A stretch of 64,000 nucleotides of DNA, taken from assembly GCF_016433145.1 (NCBI RefSeq), contig NC_058135.1, positions 277,155,697 through 277,219,696 of the forward strand, in the 5' to 3' direction. The notes under the pieces were generated by a model. The model worked only from the letters and a program-made list of their open reading frames with translations, searched no databases and was not told the DNA's origin. A program made the position numbers and the translations under genes. Origin of the DNA: Gracilinanus agilis. Its lineage: Eukaryota. Positions 37,831 to 50,349 of the stretch are shown here, piece by piece. Every line of letters starts with the position of its first letter. Position 1 is the stretch's first letter.

Positions 37831-40249
37831 CAACTGAAGCAGATCTCTGAGTAATGATCAATTTATTAAAAATGATATGTGGTTCCTAATGAATTCATCT
37901 AAAACATTCTTTTTTGTCAAAGACCCCTCTCCTTATACTCTGCAGGATTTTATTAAGCTTCTAAGATCACTAATGGGAATTACAAGTTCATTATTGATCA
38001 ATTCCAAATTTAGGGATATCTTATGAATCGCTAAAGGAGAAATTCATCATCATCAATGTTTAGTTGACGTAGGATTGCAAAGAATTATAGTTTTAAAATG
38101 TATTTTAAAAATCAGGTACCCCTTAAAAATCTATCCTATGAACCTCATATTAAGAATCTCTGGATTCTATGATCTCTAAGGTCTTGTTTGATTCTCGTGG
38201 TCTATGTTTTAATGTTCAATATAGTTCCAAATGCTCTGCTTCTAAGTGCCTGATCTATTTCCTATTATTTTGGGGCCCTTGATCTGGTCACTGAAACTTT
38301 AGAACTTCCATCTTCTCTAAAACAGGGCCACTATTCCTCCCCGTGTTGTTGTGAAGAAAAAAATGATTTTGTTCATTGTGAAGTGCTCTAGGAATATTTC
38401 TTTTTTCTGGTTTTAATATCTAGATTTGTTTTATTCTATAATTAAAAACTGGGCTTGTTGTGAAGATCAAATGAGATAATGAAATTAAAGCACTTTGTAA
38501 ATGTTAAAGGGCTATGTAAAATATCATTTAGCTTCTAGTTTCCAGACCTCCAGAGTAGTGATGACTTCATTCCCTGGTGACTTCATTCTCTGATCCATCT
38601 AGTACATTGCTAATAAGATTAGACAATATCATTAGGACAACATAAGAGTGAGTTTAATAACTAATTCTGAAAAAAAGGATATGCACAAACTTTTATATTT
38701 AATCTGCTTAATTGATGCTTGCTTAAATCTGAACAATAAATCAAGCTTACCGGCATCTGACAAGCACATGCTCACAATGAATATTTAGTTATAAGGAGTT
38801 ATATAGAGTTTGCTCCAGCAATCTCTTGCAAAGTAGACACATTGGACACCACTTTACATACTAGTGTATAGTTCAGAAATTCGTAGAATAACAGAACCAA
38901 GAGTCTGATGAAGAGATAGTTATTTGTCATTTACTAACACATGGCTTACTCAGAAAGCATCTGGTTCAACTCCTTCCTAAACAGTAATCATTTTTCAAAA
39001 TCCTTGACAAGAAGTTATCAAGCTTTTTTTTTTTTAACACTTCCACCGAAAGGAATCCATTTCTTCCTAAGGTAGCCCATTCATGTATGTGTTTTATTTA
39101 TACCTTATAAAAACTTAACTCTTTTTCCCATGAACCAATTTTATTCCTACTTCAGTCTTTTGGAACATAGGAGAATAATTTTTATCCCTTTTCCACTACG
39201 TAATTCTTCAGTGTCTTAAATAAAACTCTCATATTGCTCTCATGTTTTCCTTCTTTAAGGTAAATATCCTCATATTCTTCAACTGACCTTCGTATGGTAT
39301 GGTCTTGATGTTTCATTCCCTTCTACTGCTTATGAATGTAATTCTTACAAGGCAGTTCTCAGAAATGAATATGATATTCTCAAGGTATTTGAGAGAAATT
39401 GAATGGAGTGGTAGTGTCACCTCACTAGTCCTTGATGCCATGCTTTTCTTAATGGAAATTGTCCACCTATTTTGTTTTATATTCACAAAGCAACTGAGTC
39501 TTTCAGATAAATGATTCTCTAAACACCTCCCTTTCATCTTGTAAATAATAACATTAGTAGTAGTAGTGATAGCAACAGCAATCTGTAGTATATTTTGCTA
39601 TTTTAAAATTTATAAAATATTTTTAAAATGATACCTCTTTTTAATTATCACAACAAACATGAGAGATAGGTGTTTTTGCTATATTAATTTTATAGAAGAA
39701 AGAAATGAGAATCACCCAGCTGGTAAATACTTGACTTGGATTTGAAATACAATTTCAGTGATTCCAGGTATGCCATCTAGCAACCTCTAGTACTTAAGAG
39801 TATGACTTTTTTAAGAGTAAGATTTTGCATACATCTCTGTTAAATTTCATCAAGACAAATGTGACATAGTAGATTAAGAAATGAACTTGAAGTCACAATG
39901 ACCTTTTTTCAAGTTTTGCTCCTGATCTACTCTTGCTGGGGAAACATAGGTGAATAATTGAAAACTCTTAGTGGTTCAGAAAACTTTGTATGCCTGCAAA
40001 CTATAGTGGAGGATATATTCATAATCAGAATTAATCATGCCAACAAAATCAGGTCCGTCTCCTTCCCTTCCCTTCCCACGTATACAAAAGAAATTATATC
40101 AGATTTTCTCCATTTTTCTAGCCTGTAGTGATTTTTCTTTTTTTGGGGGGGACTCTATCTCAAACATCTTCTATCCTTCATAGTGTGACATTTTGCTCAT
40201 ATATGAATATTGGTTTTGTGTAGGTGTTTCTATCCTGTCTTATTTTCAT

Positions 40250-40468
40250 TGACTTCCCATTAGAGATTTTCTTGGCAAAGATACTGGAGAGGTTCGTGAT
40301 TTCCTTCTCCAGTTAATTTTACAAATGAAGAAACTGAGGCAAACAAGGTTAAACAACTTTCCCAGGAGCACACATCTAGTAAATGACTGAGACAATATTT
40401 GGACTCATGAAGAAGAATCTTTCTGACTCTAGGCCTGGCACTCTATCTACTGTACCACCTACTTGCCC
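40250..40468 (-). mobile_element. Mar1-like CORE-SINE (RTE-type tail)
   Basis: gattttcttggcaaagatactggag...tttccttctccag tail plus CORE gaaactgaggc. Confidence 0.75.
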
Positions 40469-40796
40469 TTGGTAGGGATACCATTTATGCACGATAGAAT
40501 CACAGATTAAGAGCTGAGACTCAGGGGATATATTCCCTAATGTCTTCAATTTACAAATAAGGAAACATGCTCATCCAAATTAAGTGACTTCCTCTATAAC
40601 AGAACACTCATAAATATCAGAGGTAATGTTGAAATCCAGGTGCTCCTAATTGGACATCCATATTTTCTGTCCATGATGTCATGGTGCTTCTCATTATTTT
40701 CCAAGATGATAAAAATATTAATTAAGAACAAATTTCCTAGGGCATTTCATTAGATGATTCCATCCATGTTTAAATAAAACTATAAAAAAATCTTCT

Positions 40797-40992
40797 GGGA
40801 GCAGCTGGATAGCTCAGTAGATTGAGAACCAGGCCTAGAGACACGAGGTCCTAGGTTCAAGTCTGACTTCAGACACTTCCCAGCTGTGTGACCCTTGGAA
40901 ATTCACTTGACCCCCATTGCCTACTCTTATCACTCTTCTGCCTTGGAGCCAATACACAGTATTGACACCAAGACGGAAGGTAAGGGTTGAAA
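40797..40992 (+). mobile_element. SINE1_Mdo-like SINE
   Basis: Full-length match; short TSD aaatcttc. Confidence 0.9.
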
Positions 40993-42363
40993 AATAAATC
41001 TTCCCAACTCATAAACTCTGTAACTATTACAAAGGACGATTTAAATTTTTTTTAAATAATTTTTATTTTTTAGAAAAGTTATCATGGTTACATGATTCAT
41101 GTTCTTACTTCCCCCTTCATGCCCCAACCTCCTCCCCACCCCACATATCTAACTAACATTTCCACTAGTTTTAACGTGTGTCATCCATCAAGACTTATTT
41201 CCAAATTGTTGATAGTTACATTGGTGTGGTAGTTTCGAGTCTACATCCCCAATCATGTCCACCTCAACTGTGTTCAATCAGTTGCTTTTCTTCTGTGTTT
41301 CCTCTCCTGTAGTTCTTTCTCTGAATGTGGGTAGTGTTCTTTTCCATAAGTCCCTCAGAATTGTTATGGATCATTGCATTGCTGCTAGTACAGAAGTCCA
41401 TTACATTCTATTTTACCACAGTGTATTGGTCTCTGTGTACAATGTTCTTTTGGCTCTGCTCCTTTCACTCTGCATCAATTCCTGGAGGTCTTCCCAGTTC
41501 ACATGGAATTCCTCCTGTTTATTATTCCTTTGAGCACAATAGTATTCCATCACCAGCATATACCACAATTTGTTTAGCCATTCCACACTAGAAGGGCATA
41601 CCCTCGTTTTCCAGTTTTTTGCCACCACAAAAAGCATGGCTATAAATATTTTCGTACAAGTCTGTTTATCTATGATCTTTTTGGGGTATAAACCCAATAA
41701 TGGTATGGCTGGATCAAAAGGCAGGCAATCTTTTATAGCCCTTTGAGCATAGTTCCAAATTGCCAGCCAAAATGGTTGTATCAGTTCACAACTCCACCAG
41801 CAATGCATTAATGTCCCAATTTTGCCACATCCCCTCCAACATTCATTACTCTACCCTTCTTTCATTTTAGCCAATCTGTTTGGTGTGAGGTGATACCTCA
41901 GCTTTGTTTTGATTTGGATTTCTCTGATTATTAGAGATTTAGAACACTTTATCATGTGCTTATTAATAGTTTTGATTTTTTTATCCGAAAATTGCCTATT
42001 CATGTCCCTTGTCCATTTATCAATTGGGGAATGGCTTGATTTTTTATACAATTGATTTAACTCCTTGTACATTTGGGTAATTAGACCCCTGTCAGAGTTT
42101 TTTGTTATAAAGATTTTTTTCCCAGCTTGCTTTTTCCCTTCTGATTTTCTTGCATTGTTTTTGTTTGTACAAAAGCTTTTTAATTTAGTATAATCGAAAT
42201 CATTTATTTTACATTTTGGAATTTTCTCTAACTCTATCTTGGTTTTAAAATCTTTCCTTTCCCAGAGATCTGACAAGTATACTATTCTGTGTTCACTAAG
42301 TTTATTTATAGTTTCCCTCTTTATATTCAGGTCAGTCACCCATTCTGAATTTACCTTGGTGTA

Positions 42364-42559
42364 GGCACGCTATCTACTGTACCACCTAGTTGCCCTTGGT
42401 AGGGATACCATTTATGCATGATAGAATCACAGATTAAGAGCTGAGACTCAGGGGATATATTCCCTAATGTCTTCCTTTTACAAATAAGGCAACATGCTCA
42501 TCCAAATTAAGTGACTTCCTCAATAACAGAACAGTCATAAATGTCAGAGGTAACGTTGA
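42364..42559 (+). repeat. 196-bp direct copy of 40437-40632 inserted in L1 ORF2
   Basis: 10 mismatches and no indels in 196 bp. The L1 reads continuously across it (...ttggtgtagg | tgtgagatgttgg...). Confidence 0.95.
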
Positions 42560-42733
42560 TGTGAGATGTTGGTCTAAACCTAATCTCTCCCATATTGTTT
42601 CCCAATTTTCCCAGCAGTTTTTGTCAAATACTGGATTTTTGTCCCAAAAGTTGGGCTTTTGGGGTTCATCATACACTGTCTTACTGATGTCACTTACCCC
42701 AAGTCTATTCCACTGATCCTCCCTTCTGTCTGT

Positions 42734-43541
42734 TGTGAGGAAGATTAGGTATTTATTGATTAAGAATTAAGGTTGACCTGGCAGGAAGGAGCTGGAGCTG
42801 GGAATTCCAAGATGGAATGAAGGAGCAGGAAGAAGTGCCTTGTGCCCTGAGAGAGGACTCCATTAGTGGTGGGCAAAAACTGTTGCCAGCCTGGAAGAAC
42901 TCAGAGTAAAAGGACTTCCTTCATCCTTATTTTCCCTGGGATTCTGTGTAGTGGTAGCATCTAGCAAAGAGTCGAGATCTTCAATGCTGTACCAAGGGAA
43001 GAGGAGAAGTTTGATATCTGGTGGACAGTGTCTTAAGCACACCCTCCCTACTTGGTACCTGAGACCACCTTTGCTCTTGGCATCCAGAGATCATCGGTGG
43101 ATTGCAGTGTAAACCCCACAGCCCTTAGCTGTGCTCAAACCTGGCAGGTCCAGGTCTGACGCAGTCACCCAGAGACTCCATTACAGCTCCTTGGGCCCTG
43201 TCTGTTTAGGTCACTAAGTTAATGTAGAAACAAGTCCTCCCCTTTCCCTGTGGGTTTTCTCCTTAAGTTTTAAGGTTTTAGAATAGACATCCCTTTCCCA
43301 CCTTTAGTTGTTCATAATTAAAACCAGTTATAACCTGTTACCTTGCCTGTTGGATTCAAAGCCTCTGGCCCAGGGTGACAGTTGATCAACTGTCCCTTTG
43401 TCAGTTAGGAGAAGCTTGGCTGTTCTGGTCTCCATGTCCAGGTCTAGTCTCTCATAAACCCCAGTGTGTGTAACCACAAATCACTTATTTTTATTATAAT
43501 ATCCCTGGTGTATCCATCACCTTTACTTATCATTTTTTACA
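42734..43541 (+). mobile_element. Solo LTR inserted in L1
   Basis: TGTGAGG...TTTTTACA; L1 sequence resumes on both sides; no clear TSD. Confidence 0.75.
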
Positions 43542-43560
43542 GCCAGTACCATATTGTTTT

Positions 43561-43742
43561 TTTTTTAAACCCTTGTACTTTGGTGTATTGTCTCATAGGT
43601 GGAAGATTGGTAAGGGTGGGCAATGGGGGTCAAGTGACTTGCCCAGGGTCACACAGCTGGGAAGTGGCTGAGGCCGGGTTTGAACCTAGGACCTCCCGTC
43701 TCTAGGCCTGGCTCTCACTCCACTGAGCTACCCAGCTGCCCC
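43561..43742 (-). mobile_element. SINE1_Mdo-like SINE, young subfamily, inside L1
   Basis: 16-bp TSD AGTACCATATTGTTTT at 43545-43560 and 43743-43758. Confidence 0.95.
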
Positions 43743-46418
43743 AGTACCATATTGTTTTGATGACTGCTGCTTTATAGTATAATTTAATATCTGATACTGC
43801 TAGGTCACCTTCCATCACATTTTTTTCATTATTTCCCTTGATATTCTTGATCTTTTGTTCTTCCAGTTGAACTTTGTTATATTTTTTTCTAATTCAGTAA
43901 AGAAGTTTTTTGGTAGTTTGATAGGTATGGCACTAAATAAAGAAATTAATTTGGGTAGAATGGTCATTTTTATTATGTTAGCTCATCCTAAACCATGAGC
44001 AATCAATGTTTTCCCATTGTTTAGATCTAGTTTTAATTGTTTGGAAAGTGTTTTGTAGTTGTGTTCATATAATTCCTCTGTTTGTTTTGATAGATAGATT
44101 CCTAAGTATTTTATATTGACTAGGGTGATTTTAAATGGTGTTTCTCTTTCTGACTCTTGCTGCTGTGATGTGTTGGAGATATATAGAAATGCTGATGATT
44201 TATGTGCATTTATTTTTAATCCTGCAACTTTGCTAAAGTTGTTAATTATTTCTACTAGCTTTTTAGTTAATTCTCTGGGATGTTTTAAGTAGACCATCAT
44301 ATTATCTGCAAAGAGTAATAGCTTAGTCTCCTCATTGCCTATTTTAATACCTTCAATTTCTTTTTCTTCTCTAATTGCTAATGCTAGTGTTCCTAGTACA
44401 ATATTAAATAATAGAGGTGATAATGGGCATCCTTGTTTCACTCCTGAACTTATTGGGAAGGCTGCTAACTTATCCCCATTGCAGATGATGCTTGTTGATG
44501 GTTTTAGATATAAACTGTTTATTATTTTTCGGAAAGGCCCTTCTATTCCTATACTTTCTAGTGTTTTCAATAGGAATGGGTGTTGTATTTTGTCAAAGGC
44601 TTTTTAAGCATCTATTGAAATAATCATGTGATTTTTGTTTGTTAGCTTGTTGATATGGTCAATTATGTGGATGATGTTCTTCATGTTGAACCATCCTTGC
44701 ATGCATGGTATAAATCCCACCTGATCATTGTGAATAATCCTCTTGATCACTTCCTGGAGTCTTTTTGCTAGTATTCTATTTAACATTTTTGCATCTATGT
44801 TCATTAGGGAGATTGGTCTGTAGTTTTCTTTCTCTGTTTTTGATCTACCTGGCTTTGGAATCAGTACCCTATTTGTGTCATAAAAGGAATTTGGTAGGAC
44901 TCTTTCTTTGCTGATTATATCAAATAATTTGTATAGTATTGGGATTAGTTGTTCTTTGAATGTTTGATAGAATTCACTTGTGAATCCATCTGGCCCTTGT
45001 GATTTTTCTTAGGGAGTTCTTTGATGGATTGTTCAATTTCTTTTTATGATATGGGATTGTTTAGGTATTCTATTTCTTCTGCTGTTAATCTAGGCAATTT
45101 ATATTTTTGTAAATATTAATCCACATCACCTAGATATCCATATTTATTGCCATAGTCCCAAATTCGAGGGACTTATGGAAAAGAACCATTTGAGAAGCTC
45201 AAGTTGAAAAAAAATTCTGTCTCCATTTTTCAGAATTGATCCCTAAGGATGGCAAGAAGGATCAATAGGTAAGAGATAAGTACAATCAACAGAAAAAGAA
45301 GTGTGTTGACACAGCAAAGAGACCTATTGATAGTTTTTGAATGTGTCAGAATAGGCCAAAGCAACCAGAGCAACATCATCACAGTAGAAATCATCAATTA
45401 CATTAGAGGCACAAAAGGGCACATGGAAAGCAACAATGGTCTATAGGATGCCAAGAAACAAGCGATAAGTATAACTGCTTACAGCTATTCCTTTGGAATA
45501 GAAGCTTGTTAAGACATAACAAATGTATAGGGGAGGGGATTGCAGATGGCCATATAGTGGTCATAAGCCATGGCTTAGAAGAGGAAGACCCCACAAAATA
45601 CACATGTAATGAAGTGGCATATCTGAATGGCTCATGCAATGAAGCATATCCTTTTAACATCTTGCATGAAGTTCAGGAGAATGTTTGAGCAATGGAGGAC
45701 ATATAGCAGGAGTCAATAGAAGTCATATTACTAAGAAAAAAGTACATAATGTATAATAAATATGAAAGTTTTAAAGTAATATTGTGGTTGCTGGTTTAAA
45801 AAAATTAACTCTTAAGTCATGAGTCAGTTAGCTGCTCTTAACAATTTAGTTTAATAGAGATATAATAAAAAAGAGAAATGTAAGAATGAAATAGAAAGTA
45901 TTGCCTAGCTAGATACCCTATAATTTCTGTCCAGCTCACCAAGGGCTCTCAAGTCCCAATCTCCATTGGAGTCATGGTAGTCTCTTAAGCCAGGAGTCTT
46001 AGTAGTGTCTTCAGCAAGGGTTCCACCAATACAGCCTCCTCCAGGAAAGGAAGGTCTCTCTGGAACCAATTTTTCCAGAAGCCAGGAAAGGAAGGCCAGT
46101 TACTCACTCAGCAAGCCAATACAGGATCCATGGAAAGAGTCTCCTCCTTCAGTCCAGCTCATGAAAGCAGAGTGTCCAAAGACAAACTCCGAAGGAGTTC
46201 TTCTCTGTTCTGCTAATTTAAGCAGAAGGATTTAATGAGCTTTGATGAAAGGTATTTCTCCAGGTGGCAATGGAGGTTTATAGTTACATTACCTGCAGTC
46301 TATGAGGGATGGGTATTGGAGTATCCCTGCCCTCTAAAGACTTCTTGCCTGTCCAATTGATTGGATTAAGCATGGACTGGATTAGTCTTTATTGCTTAAT
46401 GTGCCATGAGGCTAAAAT

Positions 46419-46422
<4 letters not shown>

Positions 46423-46477
<55 letters not shown>
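46423..46477. repeat. (AG)n microsatellite within LTR
   Basis: About 27 perfect AG units. Confidence 0.98.
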
Positions 46478-46481
<4 letters not shown>

Positions 46482-46489
46482 TGTGGTGG

Positions 46490-47052
46490 GGAACAAAATG
46501 ATGTGTTTTCGTGAGCTGTCTAGCAGTAGGGTCCCCTGCTCTGTCCTGCTTTTAGACCTGTTTTTTTTTCCTCTTGAAGTGTTCTGTTCTCTATCTCAGT
46601 GTGGTAAAGTATGTAAGTCTGAAGTTTTACTCCATATAAGCCTTCATCTTCCAAGCATTTTTGCTGTGTTTCTCTGGCTTTCTCCTCTAGCCACCTCCCC
46701 GGTGCCTATGTTCAACTTCCTGATTCTGGAGCCAGCAAGGTCCTCTCTCTGGGCTGGTGTGCCCACCCACCCAGAGATTTCAGGGGCTGCTGGAGACTCT
46801 GCATAGCCCATGGGAGAGGGGTCCTTGGATTCCCCTTCTATACCCTAAGACCCAATAGTTCAAGAATTCAAACCTTTTTCTTGGTATACCTCTTGAGCTG
46901 TCCAACAATAGGATACCCCTGCTCTGTCCTGTTGTTAGATTTGTAGATTTGGTCCTCTTTCTTCTTAAAGTGCTTTGTTTTCTATCTTGGTGTGGAAAGG
47001 GTGAGGAGGTGTTAAGATTTGCTCTATCCAAGCCACCATCTTCCCAGAATTC
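46490..47052 (-). mobile_element. L1 5' UTR fragment with two ~380-bp related units
   Basis: The reverse strand starts gaattctgggaagatggtggc (L1 start-like). gagctgtc...cccctgctctgtcctg...tctatct..gtgtgg occurs at about 46513 and 46895. Confidence 0.55.
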
Positions 47053-47976
47053 TTGGAGAAGTTCAAAAGAGAAGTCAGAAGGAGAAGTACCTTGGACAGG
47101 AAGTTCAGGACTTTTTATAGTCCTTTTTCAACATCACTTCCTGTCCTTTCCCCACTTTACAAGAACAATTACATGGGGGAGTCTTTCAATTTGCTTAGCA
47201 CTGCCCAAGGGGAGTGGCAATAGCTTTTGGAAGTGTGAGCTTACTCTAGTAAGTGACTGATGAATTATCTCACTTAGTGTTAAATAGAGGTGCTTTGAGT
47301 TTTTTATTTGTTTAACTAAAAATAGGCAAGGGGAGAGTTAATCCTATCTTTACAATAGGGGTATTAAGTTGAAGACAGATCAGGATTAAAACAATAAAGT
47401 CAAGGTTTTCTACAGCACTAAACACATAAATCATTAGAAAGACCCCTAAAGAAAAAGCTGGAGTTCTACTGGGTCTGTGAGCTGTAAGAATTAACAAAAT
47501 TTGTGGGCAAAAATTCTGAGATGAAAACTGACTTTACTCATGGGTAAACAGTCTGTGACTTCACCACCTGAGTCTGTAACAACAAATATTTTGTGGATGT
47601 TCACAGTTGTTTTCATAGGCATTTGGCAGTTACTACAATTTACCCATAAAACACAAGTTTCTAATGAGAAGTGATTAAAAACCAGAATCCAACCCAATGT
47701 TTTTACAGGATACACAATTGAAACAGAGACATAGAAAGCCAAAATAAGGGGTGGGAATGGAATCTATTATGTTTCAGCTATAGTAAATGAAGTAGAGCTA
47801 GCAGTCATGATTTCAAAGAAAAATTAAAAAATAGACCAAATCAAATATAATACCACCTAAATTCTCTTGGAAATCTTCAATGAATTATAGAAGTAATTAT
47901 GCAATAAAATTATACTGGTCACATGTCAACATCCCCACTCACAACAAGATAAATCTTATAAATAAGAAAAGTTAAA

Positions 47977-48150
47977 GGGGCAGTTGGGTAGCTCAGTGGA
48001 TTGAGAGCCAGGCCTAGAAACTGGAGGTCCTAGGTTCAAATCTGACCTCAGACACTTCCTAGCTGTGTGACTTGACGCCCATTGCCTACCCTTACCACTC
48101 TTCTGCCTTGGAGCCATTGGCTCCAAGACAGAAGGTGAGCATTTTAAAAA
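47977..48150 (+). mobile_element. SINE1_Mdo-like SINE within an L1 ORF2-start fragment (about 47730-48195)
   Basis: 16-bp TSD AAATAAGAAAAGTTAA at 47960 and 48151. Confidence 0.92.
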
Positions 48151-48687
48151 AAATAAGAAAAGTTAAGGAGATGAATAGAATCTTAGCAAAACTGGAAAGC
48201 ATTTTGTTCATTGTAAAGTTTTCTAGGAATATTTCTTTTTTATTTTAATCTCCAGATTTCCTTTGTTCTGTGACTAAGAATCCTTTAGGGAAGGATCCTA
48301 TGTCTATTAAGGATATCATTGAGTCAATTTATGCAATTTAATAACTTTGAGGTTCTAGTTACAAATTATTTTTCCAGAATATCTGTATCAATTCACAATT
48401 CCAATAATAGCACATTATAATATTTTTAACAAAGCTTTTCCAATATTTTTTATTTCCTAACTCCTATTATACTAGTTAACATATTTAAATGTCAGAGAAG
48501 TAATATAATCACTCCTATGTTCCAAGTAATTCCCTTCTTTTTGGATTTAGTGAGTTTATATTAGAAAAAATGTTATGTTCAGGCACAATTACTCTGAGTC
48601 CTCAGTTATGAAATTTTCTAGCATTTAGGCAGAGTTTGAGCTCTCTGTTTAGTTTTCAATTATATAGGCATATAATTTACGCTATTA

Positions 48688-48880
48688 GTACAGTGGATAA
48701 AGTGTCAAGCCTGGAATCAGGAAGCTTCATCTTTGTGAATTCAAATCTGACCTCAGACACTTATAGCTTTTTGACCCTGGTAAGTCACTTAACATTGTTT
48801 TCCTTAGTTCTCTCATTTATAAAATGAATTGCGGAAGGAAACATCATGAAATGTTGGACATGACTTAAATGACTAAATAA
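48688..48880 (+). mobile_element. Mar1-like CORE-SINE
   Basis: gtacagtggataaag...ttcaaatctgacctcagacact CORE; tail ggacatgacttaaatgactaaataacaa. Confidence 0.7.
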
Positions 48881-50349
48881 CAATTACAACTTAATCCTTG
48901 ACTTCTTTAGGGCTGAAGAAAAATTAGTTTACTATAAAAGTGTGGGTAATAGGGCCAATTAAATTATGATGTTTTGGGAATAGAAAAAATATTAGGAGAG
49001 AAAGGTCTGGGGGAAATCACCCTTTTTGCTGTGCTTAGCTCAATCTCAGTCTTTTATTCTAAGATGCTTATAAATCAGAGCCAGTGGGTCTGATCAGTAT
49101 TGCCTTTCTCTGCCACAGCTCAGTCCTAGGCTGTTACTCAGGAACAGGCAGGAATGCTACATTTGCTTTAATTCTCTCAAATGAATTTCTTCTTTACTTG
49201 ATTGATAATCTACTGATGACTCTTTGGGCATGGCTAAATCTCCTTAGCTTGAACTCAATTTTATGCATTTTTATTGGCTATTCTCCCTATGTAGAATTCT
49301 CTCTTTCCTTACCTCCATCTCTATGAATTCTTTCAAATCTCAACTAAGAACTGATCTTCTGCAAAAAGCTTAATATTAGCTCATTAATCTCTCTTGGTTA
49401 TCTCTAATTGATCCTGCATATATCTTTTTTCATATTGTTCTCATATTATCACCTCTATTAGATTTGAGCTTCTTGAGGGCAGGGATAGTTGTTTTATTTG
49501 TTGCTTCTTTGTATCCCCAAAACTTGGAATGGTTATCAGGATATAATCTTTGTATAAGAAGGAACTTGGGCTCACTAGAAGCATTCATTGATCTCTCTGT
49601 AATACCATACCTCTATGAGTCAAGGAATAGTCTCTGAAAAAAAGGTTGTGGGTTACCCAGAAGAGGGCAGATTCATAGTGGCTGTAAGCATATTATCTGT
49701 CTAGAATTGCTTGGAATAAGTCTAATGGACAGCATCATATATAATATATGACAGGGAGATGAGGTAAGTCTTCAAGTTAGCTAGAGTAAGGGATAAAGTA
49801 GTCTGTCTTCTTCCCTTCCTCTCTCTCTCCTTTTCTCTATATATTTCTCCCCCTTTTCTCACTCCCTTCTCTCTCTATAAATGTTTGTATTGTAACTCAT
49901 TTTATACACTCACAAATTAATATACGTAAATATTATATATGTAATACATGGGTATTAATACATGCATTGTTACTTTATAAGGATTTAATGTATGTATTTA
50001 TATTTTCTTTTATATATAACACATTAGAATGGAAACTCACTACGAATGAAGGTTGTTTCATTCTTTGTTCTTGTATTCCAGTACCTAGTCCAGAGCCTGC
50101 TATGTAGTAGACATTTACAATAGAGTTGCTGTTTTTTCACATTGATTCACATGTCCAACATGGTACTCATTCAATGATTGAAATAGATAAAGAAAGGTCC
50201 TACTTTTGATGATTTCAAAGAACACATAGACAAGAATGAAAAAGGATATGAAGATAGTGATATGTTGTACTCATAATAGGGACATGCAGATCTAATGAAC
50301 ATGAGAATAAGGTACAATGGCTTCTTTTTACTTCCACAGCTTGTCATTT

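Larger units (their letters stand above)
41043..45154 (-). mobile_element. 5'-truncated L1, ORF2 RT to C-terminus plus 3' UTR, with three internal insertions
   Basis: RT fragments at 44604-44804 ([23 protein letters not shown]) and 43983-44570 (GVKQGCPLSPLLFNIVL, LFADNM); Cys-rich C-terminus at 41413-41808 (HCWWSC); poly(T) at the left end. Confidence 0.95.
45750..47354 (-). mobile_element. Solo LTR (about 1 kb plus a nested L1 fragment) inside the OR pseudogene
   Basis: Reverse strand runs TGTAAAGATAGG...TTATACA. TSD ATAA/ATAG at 45746-45749 and 47355-47358 restores ACC CCT ATG (T-P-M). TATAAAAAG on - at about 47110-47118. Confidence 0.75.
45187..47520 (-). pseudogene. OR5AL-like olfactory receptor pseudogene, split by an LTR, 3' third missing
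   Basis: 47355-47520 gives LQLTDPVELQ / GVFLMIYVFSAVENLDFIVLILICLQLNTP. 45187-45749 gives [71 protein letters not shown]. Multiple stops and frameshifts; closest to the gene at 54469. Confidence 0.9.

Noticed and set aside
41031-45193. aaaggacgattt / aaagaaccattt as the TSD of the large L1
   Set aside because: There are 2 mismatches in 12 bp, the right copy overlaps the inverted filler and OR sequence, and the left flank is not recognisably OR. Left unresolved rather than called.
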